In this document: in pieces, positions 63,520 through 64,000 of the stretch
Numbering within the stretch: the first letter of the stretch is position 1
How the letters are laid out: every line of letters begins with the position of its first letter
The notes under the pieces: generated by a model
The model's input: only the letters and a program-made list of their open reading frames with translations
The model's database searches: none
Told to the model about the DNA's origin: nothing
Position numbers and translations under genes: made by a program
Source of the DNA: Dehalococcoidia bacterium
Lineage (GTDB): Bacteria; Chloroflexota; Dehalococcoidia; Lucifugimonadales; UBA3495
DNA: 64,000 nucleotides
Direction of reading: 5' to 3'
NCBI GenBank assembly: GCA_965203675.1
Contig: CBDBDE010000002.1
Location: 1,151,028 to 1,215,027 of the forward strand

Positions 63520-64000
63520 ATGAAGAGCATCACCATCGACCGAAGCAAGCGTCTTAAAGAAGAACCCGGGAAGGGCCATAATCGCTGGCACCCGGATATC
63601 CCGCCGGTCTTGGAAGTGGAACCGGGCGAGGAAACGCTCCTGGAGACTAGGGACGCTTCCGATTGCCAGATTCAGCCTGGAATGACCGTTGACGATCTGG
63701 TTGGATTGGATGCCAAGGTCGCTCACCCGCTGACAGGCCCGGTTTACGTTAACGGGGCCGAACCCGGGGACCTCCTGGAGATCGAATACGTTGACATAAC
63801 CCCCCAACCCCACGGTTGGACGCGGAACCGGCCCGGCTCCGGGTTTTTGCGCGATTTTTTCCAGGAACCTTACCTCGTCCATTGGGAGATAGATGGCGAC
63901 TGGGCAAACTCGCCCCAGCTGCCCGGTGTCCGCATTCCCAACGGCTCCTTCATGGGCACCGCCGGCATCGCCCCATCCCACGAGCAGTTGGCCCAGTGGG
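63520..64000 (+). CDS. Acetamidase/formamidase family protein, 3' end cut by window edge
   Basis: My translation from ATG 63520 is MKSITIDRSKRLKEEPGKGHNRWHPDIPPV...GPVYVNGAEPGDLLEIE. The frame is open to the window end, so the ORF is absent from the track. Confidence 0.75.
   Translation, partial: MKSITIDRSKRLKEEPGKGHNRWHPDIPPVLEVEPGEETLLETRDASDCQIQPGMTVDDLVGLDAKVAHPLTGPVYVNGAEPGDLLEIEYVDITPQPHGWTRNRPGSGFLRDFFQEPYLVHWEIDGDWANSPQLPGVRIPNGSFMGTAGIAPSHEQLAQW

Overview
This is a GC-rich bacterial chromosomal segment with about 57 protein genes and one tRNA, which I read as tRNA-Sec (anticodon TCA). I found no rRNA, CRISPR array, transposase or integrase. The backbone is housekeeping and catabolic. 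It encodes CoA metabolism (coaE, a CoA-type Nudix), a CbbQ/NorQ-type AAA+ ATPase with a giant vWA partner, cinA, and an ABC-2/GldG/DUF4340 export operon. It also encodes polyamine genes, cysteine desulfurase, two tandem M20 amidohydrolases, glycerate kinase, lutABC and thioredoxin. Further genes are an RlmD-Maf fusion, tatB/tatC/tatA, lipoamide dehydrogenase plus an E2 acyltransferase, a long ThyX-like protein and an ECF sigma/anti-sigma pair. The remainder is MmgE/PrpD, a luciferase-like oxidoreductase, an ADP-forming acyl-CoA synthetase, two ABC permeases, a 2-hydroxyacid dehydrogenase, a formamidase (3' truncated) and four paralogous ThDP enzymes. This gene content resembles Chloroflexota (SAR202/Dehalococcoidia-like), but that is inference only. 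The most unusual items are listed here. (1) A 1224-aa CHAT-like/NB-ARC/TPR STAND protein whose CHAT module seems to lack the His/Cys dyad. (2) Two related hairpin repeat families (22 cores, all co-oriented, confined to 21.6-53.4 kb), forming tandem arrays and a 5-copy composite element that brackets single genes. (3) A small accessory island holding a GIY-YIG nuclease and a HEPN/MNT pair embedded in those repeats. (4) tRNA-Sec apparently co-transcribed with trxA. (5) An RlmD-Maf fusion translationally coupled to tatB/tatC. (6) A coaE/AAA+/CoA-Nudix/vWA operon. All functional calls rest on motif recognition by eye; no searches were run.
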